This document shows positions 39,460-48,537 of a stretch of 64,000 bases of DNA, piece after piece; position 1 is the stretch's first letter; every line of letters begins with the position of its first letter. A program made the position numbers and the translations under genes. This stretch comes from a virus (lineage: Duplodnaviria; Caudoviricetes): IMG/VR virus record IMGVR_UViG_3300044530_001128, positions 1,186 through 65,185 of that record. One strand, given 5' to 3'. The notes below the pieces were generated by a model. That model did no database searches and had not been told where the DNA came from. It saw nothing but the letters and a program-made list of their open reading frames with translations.

Positions 39460-39854
39460 GCAACCCATTCCTCGACCGGGCCAATCGTCAGAAGACACAG
39501 TCCCGGGCGTATTGGGGCTCGAAGAAACAAGAGAAAGGCATCACCAAACAACTGGCCGGTGCCCGGGAGGTCGCTAGGTCCGGGGCGGGGACTACGAAGG
39601 GCGATGTACGGGTGCACAAGATTGCCCGTATCGAGGCAAAGCTTACCTCTGCTGACAGTTTCCGCGTCACCAAGGAAATGCTTGAGAAGATCAACAACGC
39701 TGCCTTGTGCAGCGATGAAATCCCCGTCATCATCGTCGGGTTCCTAAAGCCGGGGGCGACCCAGCCGTCCCCGCAGGACCAAGTGATCATCCTGCCTCTC
39801 TCGGCCCTACAGCTTTTGCAATCGGTTGCAATCGATGCCCCTGATAAGCCCTAG
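39456..39854 (+). CDS. Hjc-like PD-(D/E)xK Holliday junction resolvase
   Basis: QEK...SGAG..KGDV....IEAKLT motif. Confidence 0.75.
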   Translation: MSNPFLDRANRQKTQSRAYWGSKKQEKGITKQLAGAREVARSGAGTTKGDVRVHKIARIEAKLTSADSFRVTKEMLEKINNAALCSDEIPVIIVGFLKPGATQPSPQDQVIILPLSALQLLQSVAIDAPDKP

Positions 39855-40911
39855 TGTTCCTGCCCCGCCTAGCGAAGACCGGGGCCTGCCTGCGAAGTTC
39901 ACCGACGAAATCCTCAATAGACAGGGGTTTCGTCGGCAGAGGCTACTGACGGGCATCAACAAGGATTTCAAGATACACGTCTCCGACCTTATCAAGGTCG
40001 AGAGGTCGCGCATGTTCTGTTCGCGGGAACATGCTATCTCCTACCTACTGCAGTCCCCGGAGTACGTCGGGTATCTCACCCCCGGGCTAGAAATGCTGTT
40101 CGCTGCGGGGCACGCCATCAACGATCTGGTGGTTGCCAAGGTCATGGGCGATGCGCAGTACGGCAAGTACATTTGGGGGACGTGGGCCTGCGTATGCGAC
40201 AAGTACGACGGCAAGGGCTTACGGGTTAACGGCTACAAGCCGGGACCGGACGGACCTCGCTGTAAGCGGTGCGGCCTGCCCGCCGTTGTGCACTACGAGC
40301 TTGACCTTGTCATACCGGAATACAGGATCGTCGGCCACGCCGATTTGCTGATGAACTACAACAACGTGATCCGCATTCACGAGGTTAAGTCCATCGACAG
40401 GGCCAGCGTCGATTTCGATACCATGAAGGCCCCGCTCGGGGACCACACGCTGCAGGCATCGTTCTACTACTGGATACTCGTCAAGATGGGGCTCACCCCT
40501 CACAACGTAATCCGGTACGTGTACGCGGATCGTGGCACCGGCAAACTGTTCCGGGGAAATCCCTACAAGACTTTCCATGTGCGGGTATCGCCTGCCGAGC
40601 GCATTACCCCGTTCATTGACAAAGCCAAAACCCTCTTGCATAGTATCGAGACGGGACAGTTAGCGAATAGATTGCCTCAGTGCACCGATGCAAAGTGCGG
40701 CCGGGCTAGTAACTGCCGAGTAGCTTCCACCTGTTTTTCGTTGAAGGGCAATGCGCTTACCCCTAAACCCCTCGTACTTCATAGGGATCGACCCGTCACT
40801 GACGGGGACGGGAGTGGTAGTTCTGTCCAGCGACTTATCCGTCCTGTTCCAAGAATGCTACGAAAGCCCCTCACACCTGTCCGACCTCAAACGGGTAAAG
40901 TGGCTGGCTAA
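39835..40911 (+). CDS. Cas4-like PD-(D/E)xK exonuclease
   Basis: N-terminal C, GHAI, GHADL, HEVKS, QASFY and C-terminal Cys cluster; extra CxC...CxxC insert. Confidence 0.8.
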   Translation: MPLISPSVPAPPSEDRGLPAKFTDEILNRQGFRRQRLLTGINKDFKIHVSDLIKVERSRMFCSREHAISYLLQSPEYVGYLTPGLEMLFAAGHAINDLVVAKVMGDAQYGKYIWGTWACVCDKYDGKGLRVNGYKPGPDGPRCKRCGLPAVVHYELDLVIPEYRIVGHADLLMNYNNVIRIHEVKSIDRASVDFDTMKAPLGDHTLQASFYYWILVKMGLTPHNVIRYVYADRGTGKLFRGNPYKTFHVRVSPAERITPFIDKAKTLLHSIETGQLANRLPQCTDAKCGRASNCRVASTCFSLKGNALTPKPLVLHRDRPVTDGDGSGSSVQRLIRPVPRMLRKPLTPVRPQTGKVAG

Positions 40912-41338
40912 CGCCATCCTGCGGGACCTTGAACCGTACTACACCCATTTCGATACGCTGGCCGCCGTTGAGGGCTACAGCATGGGGAGCGCCAATCAAG
41001 GTAAGATGTATGCCCGTGCTGAATTGTCGGGCATCATTCGATGGAACCTTATCGAGTGCTACCACGTTCCTTACCTGTTGATATCTCCAGCCGCAGTTAA
41101 GTCGCTGGTCGGGGTTGCATCCTCCAAGAAATCTAGGGTACATAAGGACGCTAAGCTAGAGACAGCGCGTTGTGCCCTAGAGCGATGGGATATTTCATTT
41201 AATGACGACAACGTACTTGACGGGTACATTCTAGCGCGCTATGCCGTCACTTGCTGCCAGCCCAACGACATAAAGCACAAGGTGCAGCTTGAACTACCGG
41301 ATAACTACTTGACTCGTCTGCGGGCCGCTGGCAGGTAA
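40751..41338 (+). CDS. ruvC: RuvC-like Holliday junction resolvase
   Basis: IGIDPSLTGTG, AVEGY, ELSG, P..VK and DDNVLDGY.LA motifs. Confidence 0.88.
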   Translation: MRLPLNPSYFIGIDPSLTGTGVVVLSSDLSVLFQECYESPSHLSDLKRVKWLANAILRDLEPYYTHFDTLAAVEGYSMGSANQGKMYARAELSGIIRWNLIECYHVPYLLISPAAVKSLVGVASSKKSRVHKDAKLETARCALERWDISFNDDNVLDGYILARYAVTCCQPNDIKHKVQLELPDNYLTRLRAAGR

Positions 41339-41340
41339 GC

Positions 41341-41395
41341 TTTGCAACCGTTTGCAAATACCCGCTTGACACTCGTAGAACCCGGCCTTTACTAT
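41341..41395 (+). promoter_or_regulatory. Palindromic site adjoining a sigma70 promoter
   Basis: TTTGCAACCGTTTGCAAA (41341-41358), then TTGACA (41366)-18-TACTAT (41390). Confidence 0.75.
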
Positions 41396-41461
41396 CTTCT
41401 CACGTTCTAAGCGTACTGCGTCTCAACCGTCGTAAACCTAAACCCGAAAGGATAAGCCATT

Positions 41462-42862
41462 ATGGCTGCTCTCAAGAAAACGGCTCCCGCCGCCAAGCCC
41501 GCCGCTGCCGTCAAGGCTCCGGCCAAGCCGATCACGAAGATCGGTGGCACCGCCAAGACGACCGCTTCCAAGCCCGTCAAGGAAAAGCCCGCCCCGGCCG
41601 CTCTGCCGCCGCTGGTCGTCGGCAACATCGCGACGTTCAAGGGCTACACGACCGAACGCGCCCCGGGCGACATCGTCTTCGCCAAGGACGAAGCGACCGG
41701 CAAGATGCCCCGCATCGCCATCTGTGAGATCAACGAGGGCGCCGAAGGCGTCGGCAACGTCTACACGGTCACCGCCGTCGAAGACTACCACCAGTTCGTC
41801 AAGGAGCGCGCCGAAGGCGTCGAGGACGATGCGCTCTCGATGAAGGCCGACATGCTCACCGAGGGCGAGATCAAGCGCGGCGTCTACGACAAGGACAAGG
41901 GCTCCTACCCGGTCGTCCCCGATGCGCCGGCTCCGATCGAAGTCCTCTCCATCGGCACGATGGACGAAATGCTCGCCAAGTACGAGGGCGACAGCCTCCG
42001 CATGGCGCAGAGCCTCTTCGATGACTCCGAGAAGTCGCTCTTCTACGTCGGCGGCGCGCTCGCCCGGCTCAAGCTGCTCAAGGAATACACCGGGTTCGCG
42101 GACCCGTCGGTTCCGGGCGGCGAGACGCCGTACACGTCGGACGGCAAGGGCTGGGAGAAGTTCGTCACCGACAACTTCCCCCCGAACTTCGGCCTCCGCA
42201 AGGCCGAGGGCTACGTCTCGCTCTACACCAAGATCAGCGCGCTCCCCGAGCCGAACAAAATCGTGGACCGTCTGAACGAGATCGGCTATGCCAAGGCTCA
42301 GCTCATCGCCGGGCACATCACCGCCGAGAACGTCGAGGAGATCGTCAACGACGCCGCCTCGCAGACCGTGGTCGAACTCAAGAACACGGTCGCCACCAAG
42401 TACGTCACCGAGTCCGGCACGAATGCGCAGGGCAAGGCGGCGACGCGCCAGACCATCAAGGTCCTCAAAATGGAATTCAAGTTCCACGAGGACACGGCGG
42501 TCGGCCTCAACTTCCTCTTCGAGGAAGCCAAGAAGTCGCTCGGCCTCGATGCCAACGGCACGTTCGAAACGATCCTCCAGCAGTGGGCCATGGATCACCT
42601 CTCGGGCGACATCGTCAGCAAGGCCGAGTCCCGCCGGGCGCAGAAGCTCGCGGCGCTGGAAAAGAGCGGCGCGAAGCTGCCGAAGGATCACCCCGTCGCC
42701 GTGGCTCGCGCCAAGGCCGATGCGTCGGTCCTGCACACCCCGGCCGTCGCCGCTGCTCCGGCCGCTGGCGCTGTCAAGCCCGCGCTCAAGCCCGCGTCGG
42801 CTGCCAAGGCGGCGGTCGCTGGCCTCGCCAAGGGCGGCGCGAAGCTCAAGGCTGCCGCGTAA
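41462..42862 (+). CDS. Probably abundant DNA-binding protein: DUF3102-like HTH core with histone H1-like K/A/P tails
   Basis: FYVGGALARLK...GWEKFV..NF...GLRKAEGYVSLY...EIGYAKAQLI pattern; PAAKPAAAVKAPAK termini; extreme codon bias; own promoter and terminator. Confidence 0.65.
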   Translation: MAALKKTAPAAKPAAAVKAPAKPITKIGGTAKTTASKPVKEKPAPAALPPLVVGNIATFKGYTTERAPGDIVFAKDEATGKMPRIAICEINEGAEGVGNVYTVTAVEDYHQFVKERAEGVEDDALSMKADMLTEGEIKRGVYDKDKGSYPVVPDAPAPIEVLSIGTMDEMLAKYEGDSLRMAQSLFDDSEKSLFYVGGALARLKLLKEYTGFADPSVPGGETPYTSDGKGWEKFVTDNFPPNFGLRKAEGYVSLYTKISALPEPNKIVDRLNEIGYAKAQLIAGHITAENVEEIVNDAASQTVVELKNTVATKYVTESGTNAQGKAATRQTIKVLKMEFKFHEDTAVGLNFLFEEAKKSLGLDANGTFETILQQWAMDHLSGDIVSKAESRRAQKLAALEKSGAKLPKDHPVAVARAKADASVLHTPAVAAAPAAGAVKPALKPASAAKAAVAGLAKGGAKLKAAA

Positions 42863-42907
42863 GCGTTGCCTTAGAGCCCAGCGCTAGCGCCGGGTAGACT
42901 AAGGACT

Positions 42908-42946
42908 AGGGCCACTCGGGGAAACTCGGGTGGCCCTAATGCTTTG
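42908..42946 (+). terminator. Terminator hairpin
   Basis: AGGGCCACTCG GGGAAACT CGGGTGGCCCT. Confidence 0.7.
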
Positions 42947-43180
42947 CGGGGGCCTGTATGCGCACAATGAAATGCCTATTCTGCAATGGGCACACCAAGA
43001 TTTACCATGCAAAGGGACCCACACCTTGCGGTCATTGCACTGATGGCACATGGGACAGGCGGACCTACGTCCTGTTCGGTATCTGGCCCCGTTCGCGAGC
43101 CGCAGAATTAGCGGCATCGCCCTTGTTTAATGAGGGCATCAAGCGAGCGGATCAATTAGACCTCCCATTCGTGTATTATC

Positions 43181-43765
43181 ATGCCTATAAAGACCTCCCT
43201 CCACTTAAGCCTAACGCCATACCAGCAGCGGAAAGGAAAGCCGCGAACGCGAATGTTGGCGAAGCGCGCACACGACCCGGCCTCTATAGACCTCTCCACC
43301 TTGGACCTAAAAATGATGGCAAAGCGGTCACCCAAGGTGCCAGCGGCGGACAGCTACATCGACCAATTGGGAGAGCCCTTCAACTACCACGGAAAGCCGA
43401 CTAGGGCTTACGATCTGCAAACGATTGCAAAGCTCGTGCGGCGGGACTATTTCAAGCTGTACAATCTGCACAAGCGGGGGATGCTTCCGCCGCCTGCGGT
43501 GCTGTACGTCCCGCACGGTAAAACTCGACAAATCCCTTTCTGGATTGCGCCGCAGGTGCGCGCCGTCGTTCGTATGTTCAACCGCATCCACCATGAGCTT
43601 ATAAGCAAGGGCTTCCGGGACGTGTTCAATACGGCTATCCGGGACGAACTGCTACGAGACGCAGACGAGGGTATCGGCCGCTTGCTTGGTACGGACCGCC
43701 AAGCGGAGCGAGACGAATTCTTAAAGATCGCCGGTCCGTTCGGAGTGATCTGGCTCGAAAGGTGA
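43181..43765 (+). CDS. MerR-like HTH protein (paralogue of 36596..37171); start uncertain
   Basis: YDLQTIAKLVRRDYFKLYNLHKRGMLPPP resembles LSIRGLSIVLGRDYNTIINWIKRELLPAP. Confidence 0.6.
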   Translation: MPIKTSLHLSLTPYQQRKGKPRTRMLAKRAHDPASIDLSTLDLKMMAKRSPKVPAADSYIDQLGEPFNYHGKPTRAYDLQTIAKLVRRDYFKLYNLHKRGMLPPPAVLYVPHGKTRQIPFWIAPQVRAVVRMFNRIHHELISKGFRDVFNTAIRDELLRDADEGIGRLLGTDRQAERDEFLKIAGPFGVIWLER

Positions 43766-45243
43766 CAGCGATATCCCCAGCCAAGAAAGACGGTTCGGGA
43801 TATCATTGCGAAGTTAGCTCGTTCTACAATACGGCGGTATTACTACCACTCGGGGAACGTTCAAAAATGAAACGCAAGCTTCCAGCAGAGCAGCCTACCC
43901 TCCCGCTTGACGACACGCCAAATCCGCCACCCTACGCCCCTCTACACCCGGCTTTCGTCGGGGTATCTAGGGTGCTACACGTAGGGGCCGTGGACGCCCG
44001 GAACCTAGACGGGCCGGGGTTCACCGTGAACCTCAATCTCGGGACCTGTACGTGTAACCATGGCGAGCCCTATCAATGGGATGCCACCACGCAGCCCGGC
44101 AAATGGATCGCCAACAAGCACTGCATCCACAAGATCAGGGCGGTTGCCGATCTGATCCGTCGCCACCCGGACGAACACACCAAGGGCCACGACCGCCATC
44201 TGATGATGGCGGGGTACATCAAAATGGTCGGCGGTCGGTACAACAAGTACGAGGCCGTCAGCGCGTTCCACAAGGAACTACGGCGCGGGGACGTGCCAGC
44301 CGCCTACTATTGGGGATGCGTGCTTTCCCACTACCGAGGCATCAAGGGCGTTATCAAGTATCTCTTCAATATCGTTTTCGAGGAGGGCCGGGACTTCACG
44401 TTAGCCGAGTGGCTCATGGGTCGTCTCAACGCGGCAGACTTCACGCCCACTACCTGTCACAACGCTATCCGCTTGTTCTGCCTCTCCAAAAAGAAATGGG
44501 AGCTTCCTCACCGGATGCCCATCCTTGAAGCAGAAATGCGGGCGTACGGTCGGCTGGTAGCTCGCTATGGGCAAGCGGTCGCCAAGGCGTCGCATATCAT
44601 CGACGCCGCAGAGCAGCCGACGCTTGTAAAGGTCCTTCTGCAATCGCTTGCAAAAAAGGACCTAGTCGGCTTTCAATTCGGGCTCAAGGGCCTGCAGAAA
44701 ATGAACGACGAGCGGGGACCCAAGAAGCTAGACCTCTGGCGCGCGGACATCGCCAACATTCTGCTAACGGAAGCGGAACGCCTGCGGTTGCCGGTGCTAC
44801 AAGCCCCCTATTTCGAGCAATACAACGCGTTTCTTGCCACCCGTGCCAGCACCGGCCACGGTATCGGCTACCACGAATTAAACGCCCTCGCGGACATGCT
44901 AATCGGGGAGCCCTATGGCGCGGGCAACACTTCGGCCGACATGCTGGAATGGGCGAATACCAGCAGGACCCTGCCCGACATACAGCTAGGCATCTTGAAG
45001 CATATCCCTCTGTATGCGCAGGATAACCATACCTATGTCGGCAAGACGTTCATCCGGTCCTATCCGCATGAGCTTAAAGCCGGGGCCGAGCAAAAGAACA
45101 TGGACCTTCGTGGCTGCGGGGCGTACATGGGCGTTACATGGCGACACCTAGCAGTAGCCCAGCATGGGTCCACCAACTGCGCATGGGGCGAAGTTGACTG
45201 GCCCAAGTGGCTGTACGATACTGTTATCAATCTTTTTTACTAG
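43762..45243 (+). CDS. SWIM Zn finger plus RarA/MgsA C-terminal-like domain protein
   Basis: CTC...CIH SWIM motif; YEAVSAFHKELRRGD..AA.YW...EE; IPLYAQDNHT. Confidence 0.7.
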   Translation: MTAISPAKKDGSGYHCEVSSFYNTAVLLPLGERSKMKRKLPAEQPTLPLDDTPNPPPYAPLHPAFVGVSRVLHVGAVDARNLDGPGFTVNLNLGTCTCNHGEPYQWDATTQPGKWIANKHCIHKIRAVADLIRRHPDEHTKGHDRHLMMAGYIKMVGGRYNKYEAVSAFHKELRRGDVPAAYYWGCVLSHYRGIKGVIKYLFNIVFEEGRDFTLAEWLMGRLNAADFTPTTCHNAIRLFCLSKKKWELPHRMPILEAEMRAYGRLVARYGQAVAKASHIIDAAEQPTLVKVLLQSLAKKDLVGFQFGLKGLQKMNDERGPKKLDLWRADIANILLTEAERLRLPVLQAPYFEQYNAFLATRASTGHGIGYHELNALADMLIGEPYGAGNTSADMLEWANTSRTLPDIQLGILKHIPLYAQDNHTYVGKTFIRSYPHELKAGAEQKNMDLRGCGAYMGVTWRHLAVAQHGSTNCAWGEVDWPKWLYDTVINLFY

Positions 45244-45255
45244 GGTACCGCCGCC

Positions 45256-45717
45256 ATGCACACCACTTTTGCCACTGAGGCTACCTCTGTCCGAGAGCTT
45301 GAACACCTGTTCGAATTCGTGGACACCCGTCGCACGGATGCGCAGTACGTCTCGCTTATCCCGAGTCTCCTGACGGCCAATCTGCGGGCCGTCTACCCGT
45401 GGCTTCACAACGTGAATATCCCGGCGAACATTCTGGACGATCCAGCGGCAGCGCTGGAGGTTGCCGAGCATATGGGCGTCGTGTCCATCTATCGGTTCCA
45501 GCAGAAGGACTACGACGAAGACCCGGACCTCGTACACATGGGGGCGGTGTACTGCGCCCATATCGGGGGCTTCGAAGAGCATGAGGACGGCAACCGTCAG
45601 TGGATGCCTTCGGATAGCCGGGCGCGGGCTATCGTTCTCGCCATCATCCAGCTATTGCGTGCCCTCGCGCGGGCCGCTTGCGGCATCCCTGCGGCCAATC
45701 CCGCACAACTGCACTAG
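45256..45717 (+). CDS. Hypothetical protein
   Basis: ORF in a co-directional cluster. Confidence 0.6.
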   Translation: MHTTFATEATSVRELEHLFEFVDTRRTDAQYVSLIPSLLTANLRAVYPWLHNVNIPANILDDPAAALEVAEHMGVVSIYRFQQKDYDEDPDLVHMGAVYCAHIGGFEEHEDGNRQWMPSDSRARAIVLAIIQLLRALARAACGIPAANPAQLH

Positions 45718-45757
45718 CCCCCTACCGGCCTGCTCGCCCGCGTCCCCGGAGCCCCCT

Positions 45758-46150
45758 ATGCCCTTAATTCGACGCTACGATGTAAACGTCCACAAAACCC
45801 TCAACCTACCCGCCACCCTAGTCCCCATCTTCTCCGCTCTGCCCGATATCGGGGAAGTCGTGGGGCGCGTCCAGCTAGCGCGACAGTATATGTATCCGCT
45901 CGAAAGCAAGACGTTCCCCTACAGCATCGGGGTAGGCAAAAGCACCAGCACCTTTGAGTTATGGGCGAGGCCCACATGGAAGCGTCTGCCGTCCGACCCG
46001 GGTAACCGTGTCGTTGTAACGGCGCATATCGTCGGGTTCTGGAAGGACTACGACAGTAAATGGGAGGATCAACCGTTCATACGGTTGACAGACACCCTCG
46101 CCCGCAACCGCATCGAGTCCATAGAACGACTGTTGCATCGAGGTTGTTAG
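45758..46150 (+). CDS. Hypothetical protein
   Basis: RBS GGAG before ATG at 45758. Confidence 0.6.
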   Translation: MPLIRRYDVNVHKTLNLPATLVPIFSALPDIGEVVGRVQLARQYMYPLESKTFPYSIGVGKSTSTFELWARPTWKRLPSDPGNRVVVTAHIVGFWKDYDSKWEDQPFIRLTDTLARNRIESIERLLHRGC

Positions 46151-46198
46151 ATAGTAAACGGGTTTCGGCTCAAGGCTTCACCTAGTAGGAGAAATATC

Positions 46199-46438
46199 AT
46201 GTGGTTTGTACTTTGGACGTTGGCTCTGATTGTCATCCTGATCATGTCGTGGGTGTGCGGTCGCAAGGCCAGTAACCCTGACAGTATGCCGATGGCAGGC
46301 ATGGGCCAAGTGTGCCTGTCCTTCTCGTGGAGTTCCTACGAGGCGTACTACCTCCTGTTCGTCCATGCATGGCTCGCGTGGGTGTACGCCGGGGCCATTG
46401 CCGTCGTGGTCCTCATTCCGTGGGTAGGACTGATCTAG
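46199..46438 (+). CDS. Small membrane protein
   Basis: RBS AGGAG; two hydrophobic segments. Confidence 0.55.
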   Translation: MWFVLWTLALIVILIMSWVCGRKASNPDSMPMAGMGQVCLSFSWSSYEAYYLLFVHAWLAWVYAGAIAVVVLIPWVGLI

Positions 46439-46911
46439 GCCGTTTGCATTCGATTGCAAACCGGCTGATTGCCGGGGTACCATACGCATACCAGCCACGG
46501 AGCGCATATGGATACCGTCAAAGCATTAGGGGTAGCCCTACGGGTGATGCAGCAGCAGCATGACAAGCTCGTAGCATCCGAGGGCTACCTTACGAGCGGG
46601 GGCGCATGGCGACCGTTAGCAGGGAAGCCACGCCACAAGCAACTGGAGGACATTCATCGTGCAATTCCGGTCCTTAAGGAACTCCAACGTAGGGCTAGCG
46701 TTTAATCGCGCCGATCCCCACGTTGTTATTGTCGACAGCGCCCTGCGCCCAGACGTTGTCTGGGTGCATTTCCACGAGATCGAGTATCGCGCCTTGTCCA
46801 TCTTGCTACATGATGGCAACGGCCGGGGCATCTTCGAAGGCCCCCGCCATGATGCCAGCGAATGGCTAAAGTCCAACGGCTACACCGTAGCCTTGAACGG
46901 AGGATGGATAC

Positions 46912-47415
46912 GTGCAAGAGCGTGACGTAGTCGCGTACATTTCCGCTCTCCTGTTGCTGGACAACGCAATGGGGGAACACTTCAAACGTCCCGAGGAGGT
47001 AGCGTACATAGGGCGTTATCGCGGGGCGCAGGGGGTCGCCGTTGGGCATATCGTGATGAAGCATGCCCACGGTCGAAAAGCCCAGCACCGGCTAACCCGC
47101 ATGGCCGTTGACCTCATGCACCGAGTGAAGGCTATTCCCGAGGCGCAGGAGTATTCGACGGGCGACCGTTGGATGGGCATCGTGCACTTTCTCACCGTGC
47201 TGGAGCATGACAAGTACCGCGTCAACGTGGACAGCCCACCGCTGTTGGCACTGCAGGACTACATTCGCGCCGCGCAGGCGATGATGCGCGACAGCGTCAC
47301 GAAGAAGATCAACCCGGAGCATGTTCCGGTGTGCGGCCTGTCCATGTCCTACCTCCGATACTACCATTCGGAGAAATGTTTTCGGGCTATTGACACGGAG
47401 GCTTTAGCCCCTTAA
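46912..47415 (+). CDS. Hypothetical protein
   Basis: RBS GGAGGA before GTG. Confidence 0.6.
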   Translation: MQERDVVAYISALLLLDNAMGEHFKRPEEVAYIGRYRGAQGVAVGHIVMKHAHGRKAQHRLTRMAVDLMHRVKAIPEAQEYSTGDRWMGIVHFLTVLEHDKYRVNVDSPPLLALQDYIRAAQAMMRDSVTKKINPEHVPVCGLSMSYLRYYHSEKCFRAIDTEALAP

Positions 47416-47424
47416 TATCATCAA

Positions 47425-47576
47425 TTCGATTTCGGGATCACGCTTGGTTGCTCCGGCAGTGATCCCGGCCGGGAGGGGAGCGCACTCCGATGGATGCTGG
47501 TCCTGACTTGTAAGCATTGATCCTCCCGGCGACCTTGAAAGCCCCGCATCATTAGCTTGGTGCGGGGCTTTCTTTA
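47425..47576 (+). ncRNA. Putative ~150-nt structured small RNA
   Basis: TTGACA (47390)-17-TAATAT (47413); stems CGGGATCAC/GTGATCCCG and GCCGGGAGG/CCTCCCGGC; terminator AAAGCCCCGCA/TGCGGGGCTTT plus CTTT; no ORF. Confidence 0.6.
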
Positions 47577-47741
47577 TGCAATTATTAGCACAGCGTTAGC
47601 GGGGTAACTGCATGATCTACTTTGTAGTAGCGTTCTTCTTGGTTATGCTATGGACTACCTTCAAGGCGGGGCTACAAGCCGCGTTGCTGTTGATATTCGG
47701 CGTAGGAATGATATACTTGGCTATCACCATCAGGTATCCTC

Positions 47742-48263
47742 ATGCCTTCGGTAAGGACCTACGTGGAGCAGTGTCATCTGTCAGCTATTCCTATAAAGCC
47801 TGATGGACTGCCGCCACCTAATTGGTATAAGTTCACCCGCCATAAGCCGGGCTCGCAGGATATTGCGCATTGGGAACGAGTATATCCCGGGGCTGGCGTT
47901 GCTATCGTTACCGGACGAGTATCCGGGTTAGTCGCTCTTCTAGTGGACGGCTGGAAGTTTGGCGTGCAGTTCGACCGCTTATTGCGCGTGATGAACAACA
48001 TGCACAATCCGTTCTATTTCACCCCCACCATCGAGACACCCCACGGTTGGACTATCTTGTTCAAGCATCCGGGGCACGAAGTCCCCAAACTCCTCTACCG
48101 GGGAGGAGCTATGACCTTGCTCGGGGACGGTCATTACGTGGTTGCACCGTCAAGTAATCCTGCCCATACTGTAGCGTATCGGTGGATGCATGGGCGCACG
48201 GTGGAAAGCACTATTCCCCAAGCTATCCCCGATTGGATCATCGATCACTTTCCGGGGTACTGA
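47742..48263 (+). CDS. Stand-alone bifunctional primase-polymerase (Prim-Pol) N-terminal domain
   Basis: W...PGAGVAIVTG..SGLV...VD, TPTIETPHG and G.GHYVVAPSS motifs. Confidence 0.75.
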   Translation: MPSVRTYVEQCHLSAIPIKPDGLPPPNWYKFTRHKPGSQDIAHWERVYPGAGVAIVTGRVSGLVALLVDGWKFGVQFDRLLRVMNNMHNPFYFTPTIETPHGWTILFKHPGHEVPKLLYRGGAMTLLGDGHYVVAPSSNPAHTVAYRWMHGRTVESTIPQAIPDWIIDHFPGY

Positions 48264-48264
48264 C

Positions 48265-48537
48265 ATGGATATCAGGCAGCGTTATTTGTTCTCTGGCCGT
48301 TTCGGCAATACCAACAACTCCACCATGCTGGACTATCAGGTAGTGGTGGACACCGACGATCAGGCTGGCAAGGACATTGCCGAAGCCAAGGCAAAGGCTC
48401 TGTTCGACGCGAACCCGGCTGGTTTCGTCCTCCTCACGCAGGAGCAGATCGAGAGGCGGGAAATCCCGACCGGCAAGTCGCCGAGCGAATGCTTCCTCTT
48501 CGGTGGCGTGCATTTTTCGGCCGCCGTGTTCGACTGA
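48265..48537 (+). CDS. Hypothetical protein
   Basis: ORF followed by a hairpin at 48543-48577. Confidence 0.55.
   Translation: MDIRQRYLFSGRFGNTNNSTMLDYQVVVDTDDQAGKDIAEAKAKALFDANPAGFVLLTQEQIERREIPTGKSPSECFLFGGVHFSAAVFD

Noticed and set aside
9456-45243. TAG stop-codon recoding (TAG stops and CTAG are common)
   Set aside because: Conserved genes are full length under the standard code, and TAG falls at natural gene ends
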